Of a stretch of DNA of 64,000 nt, positions 32,960 through 46,342 are shown piece by piece (the stretch's first letter is position 1; each line of letters opens with the position of its first letter). The notes under the pieces were generated by a model that saw only the letters and a list, made by a program, of their open reading frames with translations, did not search any database and was not told where the DNA came from. Origin of the DNA: Macrostomum lignano. Its lineage: Eukaryota. The DNA is taken from NCBI GenBank assembly GCA_002269645.1, contig NIVC01001313.1, forward strand, positions 124,001 to 188,000, in the 5' to 3' direction. Made by a program: the position numbers and the translations under genes.

Positions 32960-33150
32960 ATATTCGCAGGAGGGCTGTGGGCACCTGGCGCAACGCCTTT
33001 GGCAATTCTGCCCCCATTCTGCTGACTCCTGAGCACATACATGCGCGCCAACACGCACTCACACACATGCTCACACAGGGTGTACAGCGGCCCTCTGACT
33101 TTCTAATCGTCAGGCATGTACACTCTCTGTGCCTTGGGGTGGGGGTTGGC
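32960..33150 (-). mobile_element. SINE-family body copy, inverted
   Basis: Reverse complement matches 200-420 (GTACATGCCT..ACGAT..AAAGT..GGCCGCTGTA and GCTCAGG..AGTC.GC.GAATGGG). Confidence 0.6.
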
Positions 33151-33825
33151 TCTCATGGGGGTGGGGGTTGGCTCTCATGGGGTGGGGGTTGGCTCTCATG
33201 GGGGTGGGGTTGGCTCTCATTGGGGTGGGGGTTGGCTCTCATGGGGGTGGGGTTGGCTCTCATGGGGGTGGGGGTTGGCTCTCATGGGGGTGGGGGTTGG
33301 CTCTCATGGGGTGGGGTTGGCTCTCATGGGGGTGGGGTTGGCTCTCATGGGGGTGGGGGTTGGCTCTCATGGGGGTGGGGGTTGGCTCTCATGGGGTGGG
33401 GGTTGGCTCTCATGGGGGTGGGGGTTGGCTCTCATGGGAGTGGGGTTGGCTCTCATGGGAGTGGGGTTGGCTCTCATGGGGTGGGGGTTGGCTCTCATGG
33501 GGTGGGGGTTGGCTCTCATCGGGGTGGGGGTTGGCTCTCATGGGGTGGGGGTTGGCTCTCATGGGGGTGGGGGTTGGCTCTCATGGGGGTGGGGGTTGGC
33601 TCTCATGGGGTGGGGGTTAGCTCTCATGGGGGTGGGGTTGGCTCTCATGGGGTGGGGGTTGGCTCTCATGGGGTGGGGGTTGGCTCTCATGGGGTGGGGG
33701 TTGGCTTTCATGGGGGTGGGGGTTGGCTCTCATCGGGGTGGGGGTTGGCTCTCATGGGGTGGGGGTTGGCTCTCATGGGGGTGGGGGTTAGCTCTCATGG
33801 GGTGGGGTTGGCTCTCATGGGGGTG
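33135..33825. repeat. ~21-bp G-rich minisatellite
   Basis: GGGGTGGGGGTTGGCTCTCAT. Confidence 0.97.
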
Positions 33826-34379
33826 AATCAAACGACAATGACCCGGAAATTTTTTGTGCACAAGTCCCAAATAAATTTCTTTCTTTTTGTTTTGTGTTCG
33901 ATCAAAAAAGTGCACCGAATGCATTTCTATTCATTCTTTCCTAAAAGAGATCCCAGACTCTGTTGCTTATCGTTTCTTCTTGTTTCTTCTGTTGTGAAGT
34001 AGATCTGATTTAACTGAACATAATGTCGAATGATTTTACTAAAGTGATCTCATTTTTTAACATTTTAGCTTCTGTTGCTACTTGCAGTAGTCTGTTTGTA
34101 TACTTTGTGTCAGTTAGGCCGAATGATTAATTCTTACAACGCTTCTAGCGGGGCGCCTCTCTTGCAGCTGGAACTGTTCGATTCTTCTTTCCTAAAAAAA
34201 CATTTAATTTCTTGTTTCTTTTGAACTTTTGCTGCTTGCCGCTTTTAGTTATATAAATACTTCTGTTATGGATATCATTCACATTTTGCTGCTGATATGC
34301 GCCGCAAATTCTTAAAATGAGAGACCACTAATTAGAAATGTAACAATCACTACCAGATTCGGTATATCAGATTTATGAC

Positions 34380-34650
34380 AACTCTACCAGTTTTGCAGTC
34401 ACTCTACCAGATTCACAGCCAATCTACCAGATTCATACCAATCTACCAGATTCACAGCCAATCTACCAGGTTCATACCAATCTACCAGATTCACAGCCAC
34501 TCTACCAGATTCACAGCCACTCTACCAGATTCACAGCCAATCTACCAGATTCACAGTCACTCTACCAGATTCACAGCTAATCTACCAGATTCACAGTCAC
34601 TCTACCAGACTCACAGCCACTGTACCAGATTCACAGCCAATCTACCAGAC
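34380..34650. repeat. 20-bp minisatellite
   Basis: CTACCAGATTCACAGCCAAT. Confidence 0.92.
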
Positions 34651-35004
34651 TCGCAGCCGCTCTTACCTGACTTAGCAATAGAAATTCTACAACATTGTGA
34701 ATTTTACCCTGGCCTATTCGTGTAGAAGTAGCTCGTATAGTCTACTGTTATTTCTGAAGCTTAGTTTGTTTTATTGGTATGCTGAATGGTTTAAATATTT
34801 AATTCTTTATAGTGAGCAATAAGTGCTGTCTGTAGTACTTGTACGCTTAGCTCTTTTATTAATGTTGTCATTTTTATTTTAAACTCCTTCACTTGCTTAG
34901 TTGCGCGCACTGTTACCGCACTTTTATTCAGTCTAACAGTCAGTATTTTGCGCACGGATTTGTTTCTGACTTATTGGAAAAAACTTTTGACAATTTTTGG
35001 GTCG

Positions 35005-37582
35005 CTTCAGCACCAGCGGGCACTGAAGGATCGGAGGGCAACAGCAGCAGGCACTGAAGGATCGGAGCGCAGCAGTAGCGGGCACTGAAGGATCGGAGCG
35101 CAGCAGTAGCGGGCACTGAAGGATCTGAGGGAAGCAGCAGCGGGCACTGAAGGATCTGAGGGAAGCAGCAGCAGGCACTGAAGGATCTGAGGGCAGCAGC
35201 AGCGGGCACTGAAGGATCGGAGGGCAGCAGCAGCGGGCACTGAAGGATCGGAGGGAAGCAGCAGCAGGCACTGAAGGATCTGAGGGCAGCAGCAGCGGGC
35301 ACTGAAGGATCGGAGGGCAGCAGCAGCGGGCACTGAAGGATCGGAGGGAAGCAGCAGCGGGCACTGAGGGATCGGAGGGGGGCAGCAGCAGCGGGCACTG
35401 AGGGATCGGAGGGGGGCAGCAGCAGCGGGCACTGAAGGATCGGAGGGCAGCAGCAGCGGGCACTGAAGGATCTGAGGGAAGCAGCAGCGGGCACTGAAGG
35501 ATCTGAGGGAAGCAGCAGCGGGCACTGAAGGATCTGAGGGAAGCAGCAGCGGGCACTGAAGGATCTGAGGGAAGCAGCAGCGGGCACTGAAGGATCGGAG
35601 GGAGGGCAGCAGCAGCGGGCACTAAAGGATCGGAGGGAGGGCAGCAGCGGGCACTGAAGGATCGGAGGGAGGGCAGCAGCGGGCACTAAAGGATCGGAGG
35701 GAGGGCAGCAGCAGCGGGCACTAAAGGATCTGAGGGAAGCAGCAGCGGGCACTGAAGGATCTGAGGGAAGCAGCAGCAGGCACTGAAGGATCTGAGGGCA
35801 GCAGCAGCGGGCACTGAAGGATCGGAGGGAGGGAAGCAGCAGCGGGCACTGAGGGATCGGAGGGGGCAGCAGCAGCGGGCACTGAGGGATCGGAGGGGGC
35901 AGCAGCAGCGGGCACTGAAGGATCGGAGGGCAGCAGCAGCGGGCACTGAAGGATCGGAGGGGGCAGCAGCAGCGGGCACTGAGGGATCGGAGGGGGCAGC
36001 AGCAGCGGGCACTGAGGGATCGGAGGGGGGCAGCAGCAGCGGGCACTGAAGGATCGGAGGGGGGCAGCAGCAGCGGGCACTGAAGGATCTGAGGGAAGCA
36101 GCAGCGGGCACTGAAGGATCGGAGGGGGGCAGCAGCAGCGGGCACTGAAGGATCGGAGGGGGCAGCAGCAGCGGGCACTGAGGGATCGGAGGGAGGGAAG
36201 CAGCAGCGGGCACTGAGGGATCGGAGGGGGCAGCAGCAGCGGGCACTGAGGGATCGGAGGGAGGGAAGCAGCAGCGGGCACTGAAGGATCGGAGGGGGGC
36301 AGCAGCAGCGGGCACTGAGGGATCGGAGGGGGGCAGCAGCAGCGGGCACTGAAGGATCAGAGGGAGGGAAGCAGCAGCGGGCACTGAGGGATCGGAGGGG
36401 GGCAGCAGCAGCGGGCACTGAAGGATCGGAGGGAGGGAAGCAGCAGCGGGCACTGAGGGATCGGAGGGGGCAGCAGCAGCGGGCACTGAGGGATCGGAGG
36501 GAGGGAAGCAGCAGCGGGCACTGAAGGATCGGAGGGGGCAGCAGCAGCGGGCACTGAGGGATCGGAGGGGGCAGCAGCAGCGGGCACTGAAGGATCAGAG
36601 GGAGGGAAGCAGCAGCGGGCACTGAGGATCGGAGGGGGCAGCAGCAGCGGGCACTGAAGGATCGGAGGGAGGGAAGCAGCAGCGGGCACTGAAGGATCGG
36701 AGGGAGGGAAGCAGCAGCGGGCACTGAAGGATCGGAGGGAGGGAAGCAGCAGCGGGCACTGAAGGATCTGAGGGAAGCAGCAGCGGGCACTGAAGGATCG
36801 GAGGGGGCAGCAGCAGCGGGCACTGAAGGATCGGAGGGAGGGAAGCAGCAGCGGGCACTGAAGGATCGGAGGGAGGGAAGCAGCAGCGGGCACTGAAGGA
36901 TCGGAGGGAGGGAAGCAGCAGCGGGCACTAAGGATCGGAGGGAGGGAAGCAGCAGCGGGCACTGAAGGATCGGAGGGAGGGAAGCAGCAGCGGGCACTGA
37001 GGGATCGGAGGGGGGCAGCAGCAGCGGGCACTGAAGGATCGGAGGGAAGCAGCAGCGGGCACTGAAGGATCGGAGGGAGGGAAGCAGCAGCGGGCACTGA
37101 AGGATCGGAGGGGGGCAGCAGCAGCGGGCACTGAAGGATCGGAGGGAGGGAAGCAGCAGCGGGCACTGAAGGATCTGAGGGAGGGAAGCAGCAGCGGGCA
37201 CTGAAGGATCGGAGGGAGGGAAGCAGCAGCGGGCACTGAAGGATCGGAGGGAGGGAAGCAGCAGCGGGCACTGAGGGATCGGAGGGGGGAAGCAGCAGCG
37301 GGCACTGAAGGATCGGAGGGAGGGCAGCAGCAGCGGGCACTGAAGGATCGGAGGGAGGGCAGCAGCAGCGGGCACTGAAGGATCGGAGGGAGGGCAGCAG
37401 CAGCGGGCACTGAAGGATCTGAGGGAAGCAGCAGCGGGCACTGAAGGATCGGAGGGAGGGAAGCAGCAGCGGGCACTGAAGGATCGGAGGGAGGGAAGCA
37501 GCAGCGGGCACTGAAGGATCGGAGGGAGGGCAGCAGCAGCGGACACTGAAGGATCGGAGGGAGGGCAGCAGCAGCGGACACT
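35005..37582. repeat. ~27-35-bp variable-unit minisatellite, 2.6 kb
   Basis: GCAGCAGCGGGCACTGAAGGATCGGAGGG core with a variable linker. Confidence 0.97.
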
Positions 37583-38114
37583 TAAGAAAGATGTTTATTT
37601 TGTGATTTGGTTTAAAATAGTCAAACAATAATTTTTTACCAGTCCGAACGCACACCGTAAAAGCAGATAGAACTCATTACTATTGTTATAGCTGTTGAAT
37701 TGACAGCCAGACCAAGCACATTGTTTAAGTTAATGTACGCATATTATTGTACACGCTTCATATTATCTTAGGCTCGTATTCAAAGTTTTTAATTGTTTTT
37801 CCTGTTTTGTTGTATTTTTGAATGAATCAATTATTAAAACTATATACTGTGTATCGTCCTTAGTGTATGACTATGACTCGAGATAATCAATTTCGAAATG
37901 AATGCTTAATTACATAGAAAAGTACACAGTGTTTATTTTTCGGTTGCCACAGAAGTCTAGTAAAAATCAAGATATAGTCTTGTGGCCTTTGCACATGACC
38001 TACATGTACTAGACTAATCATCATGCAGCCGGTGTTGTAAGAGTATTGATAAAATATTCATAAATGCAGGCACAATTGGTTTTCTACACCTTATACGAGC
38101 TACATATGTACTCG

Positions 38115-38455
38115 TACATGGTGAAGGGGTGAATGTGTGAATTGGTGAAGGGTTGAATGTGTGAATGGGTGAAGCAACTAATGTGAATGAGTGAAGTGGT
38201 GAATACATATATATACATGTATGCGCAATTGTGTGAATGGGTGGAGGTGAATATGTGAATAGGTGAAAGGGGTGAATTCAAGTGAATTAGTGAATGTGAT
38301 TATGTGAATGGTGAATATACATGTATGAGTGTGAATGGTTAAAGGGTGAATGCATGTACATGTACCTGAAGGTGTGAAGAGGAAAGAGTGAATATTTGAA
38401 TGTGTCAATTAGTGAAGGGGCAATGCGTGAATAGATATACATGAGGGTGTGAAGG
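38115..38455. repeat. Degenerate GTGAAT repeats
   Basis: Seen directly in the sequence. Confidence 0.7.
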
Positions 38456-39509
38456 CACTATAGAGTCTTCAGAATTTCGATATTTAGAAATATTACTAAG
38501 ACTGCATGGTGACAGAATGTTAAACCTGTATGTGTTTGTAATTTTCGTGTTGCACTTTTACATGTACATCACAGCACTCCGAGATCCTGTGTGAGCTTTC
38601 GCTACCCTCTGTTCATTTGGATGGGATCTCTCAGCTCCATCATTAGGCTAGCTTAAACAATGATGTACATAAACGTATACTGGTATAAAATACATTAACA
38701 AACATTTTAAAATGTACAATTACATACTGTTCGATAAATGACCATACAGGTTTATTATTTAGCCACTAAGTCAACTTAAATATAAAAATAGCTGTTGGAC
38801 TTACTAATTAAGATACATTTCTTAGAATTACACGTATTAAAGATGTACAAAAAATAATTACAAAAAGCAAGTAATCAGAGAAATGCGGCATTTACTACTA
38901 CAACTGACAAATAAAATATATTACAAATAAGGCAAGAGAGTGGCGGCATATGTTTTTTTAGACAAACCTTTATAATAAAAATATAGAAGTTATACTAGTG
39001 GTGAATGCGAGCAACATTAAATTAAACAGGTGCTGACTGCAACATGCCACTGAAGGTTAATAGCGGAGTAGTTTTGTTGAAAAAAAGAAATATTTATACG
39101 AGTGCAATTATTTAAATGCTACTAGTAGCTACCGTATTTGCTTTTTACAGAAGACACATCTGCTAAAAATTAGACAAACTAAGGAAACAGATAACATGAA
39201 AATGCAGCAATTACTACTTATATACACATAAAAATTTGAGGTTAAAAATAGCGAATAGATAAACAAAATAACCAGCATACAATTCACAAATTAAAATCAA
39301 TTATAAACAGACAGATTGTGACTGGATATTGGTTTTTTGGATATTTCATAAGTTTAAATTTATTTATTACATTCTTTGACTGACTACGGCCGAATTATTT
39401 TAATTCCTGGGCTTGATCTTATCTAAAAAGTTACTACTTGATTCAATAATAAAATTTAGCTGTCAAATAAATTTATAGTTGGCCCTAAGTCAGCGGTAAG
39501 TATTGTTAA

Positions 39510-41216
39510 TTAATGAATAAAGTGGCATCGGCGGCCGTAGACGCAGAAGCCACTTGTGTGAAATTGAACACACTTCACTGTTTTATACTTCTGTGGCCTA
39601 TCGCGCGCCAGTAACTCATGTGGCTCGTGCGCGAAAGCACAGCGACTGCCGAATGGGCAGGTCTTCTGCATCTGCGTGTGGCGGTTTTGGGTTGGGGGTA
39701 GACGCGATTAGTATTTAGTGGGAGGGGTGAGAGCTGTGAGAAATTGACAGCGGATTAAAGACAATAGTGGGGCGGATTGTAAAGAGTAGAGGGGCGGAAT
39801 GTAGAGAATAGAAGGGCGGAATCCGGCGAATTATAGAGGGTACAGTGGCATATTGTAGAGAATAGAGGGACGGATTATAGAGAGCAGAGTGGCGGTTTGT
39901 CGAGAATTGAGTTGTTGGATTATAGAGAATAGATCGTGGCGGATTATCAAGAATAGAGTGGCGGATTATCGAGAATAGAGGGCGGATTATAGAGAATAGA
40001 GTAGCCGGATTATTGAGAGAGAGTGGGCGGATTATTGAGAATCGAGTGGGCGGATTATTGAGTTTAGAGTTGGCGGATTATAGAGAATCGAGTTGGCGGA
40101 TTATAGAGAATAGAGTTGGCGGATTATAGAGAATAGAGTGAGCGGATTATAGAGAATAGAGTGGGCGGATTATTGAGATTAGAGTGGCCGGATTATTGAG
40201 ATTAGAGTGGATGGATTATAGAGAATAGAGTGGCTGATTATAGAGAATAGAGTAGCCGGATTATTGAGAATCGAGTGGGCGGATTATTGAGTATAGAGTT
40301 GGCGGGTTATAGAGAATAGAGTTGGCGGATTATAGAGAATAGAGTTGGCGGATTATAGAGAATAGAGTGGCCGGATTATTGAGATTAGAGTGGCCGGATT
40401 ATTGAGATTAGAGTGGCCGGATTATTGAGATTAGAGTGGCCGGATTATTGAGATTAGAGTGGATGGATTATAGAGAATAGAGTGGGCGGATTATTGAGAA
40501 TAGAGTGGCTGATTATTGAGAATAGAGTGGCTGATTATTGAGAATAGAGTGGCTGATTATTGAGAATAGAGTGGCTGATTATTGAGATTAGAGTGGCCGG
40601 ATTATTGAGATTAGAGTGGATGGATTATAGAGAATAGAGTGGGCGGATTATTGAGAATAGAGTGGCTGATTATTGAGAATAGAGTGGCTGATTATTGAGA
40701 ATAGAGTGGCTGATTATTGAGAATAGAGTGGCTGATTATTGAGAATAGAGTGGCTGATTATTGAGAATAGAGTGGCTGATTATTGAGAATAGAGTGGCTG
40801 ATTATTGAGAATAGAGTGGCTGATTATTGAGAATAGAGTGGCTGATTATTGAGAATAGAGTGGCTGATTATTGAGAATAGAGTGGCTGATTATTGAGAAT
40901 AGAGTGAGCGGATTGTTGAGAATAGAGTGGCCGATTATTGAGAATAGAGTTGCGTATCATACACAATAGTGGCAAATACAAACTAACCTCGTAGTGTTTG
41001 CACATTTCGGTTTTGTGCTTCGCCGGCTCCAATTCCGGAGAGATTGACTTGCGAGGCTGCAAGTTGAGTTGAGAGTTATTATAAGTAAGCTGAGCTGAGC
41101 ATCCTAACACAAATGCAATTATTAGAAATAGGCAAATATGTACTAATAATTAGACTTACTCGGCCATTGAACGAAAATTCGCACAGGCTGCTGCTGTTGC
41201 TGCTAGGAGATGACAT
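39510..41216 (-). CDS. ZFP36: ZFP36/TIS11 (tristetraprolin-family) tandem CCCH zinc-finger protein, ~95 aa
   Basis: Exons 41160-41216, 40988-41056 and 39510-39671, all phase 0 and GT-AG. Spliced product ends [64 protein letters not shown]: two CX8CX5CX3H fingers with an 18-aa linker and KTE/KTV lead-ins. The symbol denotes the family, not 1:1 orthology. Confidence 0.9.
39760..40950. repeat. ~21-22-bp minisatellite in ZFP36-like intron 2
   Basis: GGCGGATTATAGAGAATAGAGT / GGCTGATTATTGAGAATAGAGT. Confidence 0.95.
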
Positions 41217-41559
41217 GATTCTATCAATAACAAGAATTTCAGTGTGTATAATAGCCTGTTGTTTTGAAAATTGCTTTAGAAGCGCAAGTAGGGTTTACGG
41301 ATGCGGAGCGTACGCGGAGATCTTTATAGCGGTTGGGAACTTGGGGGAGAGCTTGAGTTTCCCAGTTCGGGAGCCAATAGGATTAGGCTGGCGGCCAGGG
41401 AGGGGGTTGTTGGCTTCCCGACTATTCGATAAGTCAACCAACGAAGAAGAATGGAATGCTGCCCCCCGGCCATGTCAAGGTTGGTCAAGATGGTCAGGGA
41501 CCCCCAGGAAAGAAATATTTTTTTTTTCGGGCGCACTAAAAATCTTACTTTATTTATTT

Positions 41560-42415
41560 GTCTTGCGCTAAAATCTATTCTGCGGCGCTTAATTGGCGCT
41601 AAAATCTATTCTGCGGCGCTTGATTGGCGCTAAAATCTAGTCTGAGGCGCTTGATTGGCGCTAAAATCTATTCTGCGGCGCTTAATTGGCGCTAAAATCT
41701 ATTCTACGGCGCTTGATTGGCGCTAAAATCTATTTTGCGGCGCTTGATTGGCGCTAAAATCTATTCTGCGGCGCTTGATTGGCGCTAAAATCTATTCTGC
41801 GGCGCTTGATTGGCGCTAAAATCTATTTTGCGGCGCTTAATTGGCGCTAAAATCTATTCTACGGCGCTTGATTGGCGCTAAAATCTATTCTACGGCGCTT
41901 GATTGGCGCTAAAATCTATTCTACGGCGCTTGATTGGCGCTAAAATCTATTCTGCGGCGCTTGATTGGCGCTAAAATCTATTCTGCGGCGCTTGATTGGC
42001 GCTAAAATCTATTTTGCGGCGCTTAATTGGCGCTAAAATCTATTCTACGGCGCTTGATTGGTGCTAAAATCTATTCTACGGCGCTTGATTGGCGCTAAAA
42101 TCTATTCTGCGGCGCTTAATTGGCGCTAAAATCTATTCTACGGCGCTTAATTGGCGCTAAAATCTATTCTACGGCGCTTGATTGGTGCTAAAATCTAGTC
42201 TGAGGCGCTTGATTGGCGCTAAAATCTATTCTACGGCGCTTGATTGGCGCTAAAATCTATTCTGCGGCGCTTAATTGGCGCTAAAATCTATTCTACGGCG
42301 CTTAATTGGCGCTAAAATCTATTCTGAGGCGCTTGATTGGCGCTAAAATCTATTTTGCGGCGCTTGATTGGCGCTAAAATCTATTCTGCGGCGCTCAATT
42401 TACGCTAAAATCTAA
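41560..42415. repeat. 31-bp minisatellite
   Basis: GGCGCTAAAATCTATTCTGCGGCGCTTGATT. Confidence 0.97.
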
Positions 42416-42729
42416 TCTCTTACCTGAAAGACCAGAGGGTATTGCAGCAGCCCACTGAAGACAGAGGTCCTCAGAATAACAGTGGTCCAAAGAAGGAATT
42501 GTCAGAATGGCGGCTCTCTATAGTCAAACACATGAGGACCCCAAACACAGAAGCATCATTGAGCAGTATTGTTACCTTCCTACGTCTTGCCAGTGTGTAT
42601 GTAAATCTTCAGATTTTTCCCTATAAAATGAATATAACTTAAATTAGTTTGCTTCTCTGTTGAATACTTGAATTTATAACCAATCTGCTGTTTCTACTGC
42701 GAACTAATAACCTGAGGGCCCTGAGGGCA

Positions 42730-43300
42730 CTAATAATCTGCGCCACCCCTGAGAATCTGCGCCACCACTGAGAATCTGCGCCACCCCTGAGAATCTGCGC
42801 CACCCCTGATAATCTGCGCCACCACTGAGAATCTGCGCCACCCCTGATAATCTGCGCCACCACTGAGAATCTGCGCCACCACTGAGAATCTGCGCCACCC
42901 CTGATAATCTGTGCCCCTGAGAATCTGCGCCACCACTGAGAATCTGCGCCACCCCTGAGAATCTGCGCCACCCCTGATAATCTGCGCCACCACTGAGAAT
43001 CTGCGCCACCCCTGATAATCTGCGCCACCACTGAGAATCTGCGCCACCACTGAGAATCTGTGCCACCCCTGAAAATCTGCGCCACCCCTGATAATCTGCG
43101 CCACCCCTGATAATCTGCGCCACCCCTGATAATCTGTGCCCCTGATAATCTGCGCCACCCCTGATAATCTGTGCCACCTCTGATAATCTGTGCCACCCCT
43201 GATAATCTGTGCCACCTCTGATAATCTGTGCCACCCCTGATAATCTGTGCCACCCCTGATAATCTGTGCCACCCCTGATAATCTGCGCCACCCCTGATAA
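42730..43300. repeat. 19-bp minisatellite
   Basis: GCCACCCCTGATAATCTGC. Confidence 0.95.
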
Positions 43301-44389
43301 ACATCGCCCTATGTACAGTTCATACATGAGCCACAATTCCAAACTCCCACACAGTTGTTTCCCAATTACGCCAATTAACTTACTGGCTTCATAGCACATA
43401 GCTTTACCAGATTCCTTACAATTAGCAATCATCTACTTAGCACTGCAATGTATCAAATATTTTATTACGTCACCTACACAGAGACCAAGCAAAGCGTCTT
43501 GGAGATAACAATCTGTTTGGGTTAAAAAATCAATAATGTCGTCTTGCCTTTCGAGTAGGACCGCAATCGCAGGCCTGCTTGGTTCAGCTGTTGTTAGCCA
43601 CTCGACAAGATCCCTGAAATGTGCATGGTGATTTATTGACCTGCCTATAAAACACATTTAGACATCTGATTTTTTATTTTATATAAGCTAGTTGAATGGG
43701 GAGGCGGGGGAAGGCGGCGGTCTGTGAACCACAGGATTGCAAAGTTCCCACGCATGACTAACTTTTCATCGATCAGTCAGAGTCCATCTCTCCTCCCAGC
43801 CACGCCCACCAGCCCGCCCCACTGCTCAAACACAGCCAAGTTCCAATCGTAAATTTACTTCTGACTCTGTTAAAGTGACAGTTAATACGGGCATATGGCA
43901 ATCACTAAGGCAGGTAGGTAGCTATGTCTTCGAAAACATTCGAGTTTAAACCTCTGCTGTTGCTAAGTGAGCAATATAACAGTGTTAGTTTTGGGAAGAG
44001 AACAATAGATTGAACCTTTGAACTTGACATGAAACAATGAGCGCTATATGATTGTTTTTGTCGGGGTTCAGCTCACTCATAACATTCTTGTAAGGTGCTA
44101 ATTGATTTCAATTCGAAATTCGCCTCCTAGAAACAAATTAAATAACTTAAAATTAAACAGATTTCAATGGCAATGAGCAACTGAAAGTTACGTAAAAGCT
44201 TAACAATTTATTAGCGGTCTTACAAGCTTATGGTTGAAATAGGAAGTATTTGTTGCCCATAGTAACCAATCTAGAGTTTTAACTCCTTAAACTGGAATGG
44301 GATTCTGATATCTGGAGACTCTGGGCGAGTTTGTGAGAATGCAGATGTTGAGATTAACTTAGATTTTTAAATAACAAATATTCACTGAA

Positions 44390-45260
44390 ATTATTGGGGA
44401 TTAAGTTGGGATTCTGAGAATGGGGATTAAAATGTGAATTTCGAGAGCTTAAATTTTGTTGGGATTCTGAGAATCGGGATTAACTTCGGATTTCTGAGAA
44501 AGGGGATTAAATTGGGATTTCTTAGACTGGGGATTAAATTGGGATTTCTGAGAACTTGGATTAAGGTGGGATTGCTAAGAATGGGGATTTAGTTTGGATT
44601 TCTGAGAATGGGGATTAAGGTGGGATTTCTGAGAATGGGGATTAAGGTAGGATTTCTGAGAATGGGAATTAAGGTGGGATTTCTGAGAATGGGAATTAAG
44701 GTGGGATTTCTGAGAATGGGATTAAAGTGGGATTTCTGAGAATGGGAATTAAGGTGGGATTTCTGAGAATGGGAATTAAGGTGGGATTTCTGAGAATGGG
44801 AATTAAGGTGGGATTTCTGAGAATGGGTATTAAGGTGGGATTTCTGAGAATGGGTATTAAAGCGGGATTTCTGAGAATGGGGATTAAAGTGGGATTTCTG
44901 AGACTGGGAATTAAGGTGGGATTTCTGAGAATAGGTATTAAGGTGGGATTTCTATTGTAAGAATGGGTATTAAGGTGGGATTTCTGAGAATGGGTATTAA
45001 GGTGGGATTTCTGAGAATGGGTATTAAGATGGGATTTCTGAGAATGGGAATTAAAGTGGGATTTCTGAGAATGGGAATTAAGGTGGGATTTCTAAGAATG
45101 GGTATTAAGGTGGGATTTCTGAGAATGGGTATTAAGGTGGGATTTCTGAGAATGGGTATTAAGGCGGGATTTCTGAGAATGGGGATTAAAGTGGAGTCAT
45201 GAGAATGGGGATCAAGTTGGGATTCTGAGAATGGGGATTAAATCGGGATTTCTGAGACTT
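44390..45260. repeat. 27-bp minisatellite
   Basis: GAGAATGGGAATTAAGGTGGGATTTCT. Confidence 0.95.
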
Positions 45261-45613
45261 GAGATTAATGTGGCATTCTAAGTGTGACGTGAGATTAATG
45301 CGTAATTCCTGTTCCTGCAATGAGACCTGAGGTGAGATCTGAGAATTAGGATTAGGATTGAGATGAGAATTTGAGGATGAGAGACGCTTGTGAGTTGGAT
45401 TCTAAGGAATGGTTACGCTCGTATACTCGCAGGAGGAGACTCGGATTATAGAGTTCTGAGATAAGGGTACAATTTTGAGAATAGGGTTTTATGGTGAGTG
45501 AGAATCAAGGATGGGGATTAGAGAGAGATTCTGAGGATGGACGATGGTGATTCTGAAATCTACGCTGAAAGCTATTTTATCCGAAGTGAAGTTTTTAGTT
45601 CATGAAGCTCTAG

Positions 45614-45809
45614 CAGTAGCGCAACCATAAATTTTTTGAGGGGGCGGATTCTGATGGTAAAGTCTCGGGAAGGGGGGGGCGGAGGGGTGGCTCTGTTTTT
45701 GGCGAAAATTCGCTTGGTCTTCCCCCCTTTGATTGTTTTTGGGTCTCCGTCTCCGCCTAAGAAGGGGGGCAACCGTCCCCCCCCCCCCCCCCCCCTGGTT
45801 GCGCCACTG
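45614..45809. mobile_element. hAT-type MITE
   Basis: TIR CAGTAGCGCAACCA / TGGTTGCGCCACTG; perfect 8-bp TSD AGCTCTAG. Confidence 0.85.
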
Positions 45810-46019
45810 AGCTCTAGCGGCGCATAGTTCAAAAGATTTCTGATTGATTGCAAAATTTTGTCGAGCAAACTTATCTAGATACTTTTATCTCGCTCTCCCA
45901 AAGTGTCCTCTTAGCTGCTCCATCAGGAAAACGCGTGAGAAGAATCCCCCATTTGATCTATTCTAACAGATATACGCGGTACTTAGCATTGGAAATTTCA
46001 TTTTCATATCATATTTTTC

Positions 46020-46342
<323 letters not shown>

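Noticed and set aside
39350-39509. Autoregulatory ARE in the ZFP36-like 3' UTR
   Set aside because: Only one ATTTA and no UUAUUUAUU nonamer before the poly(A) signal; expected by chance in AT-rich DNA.
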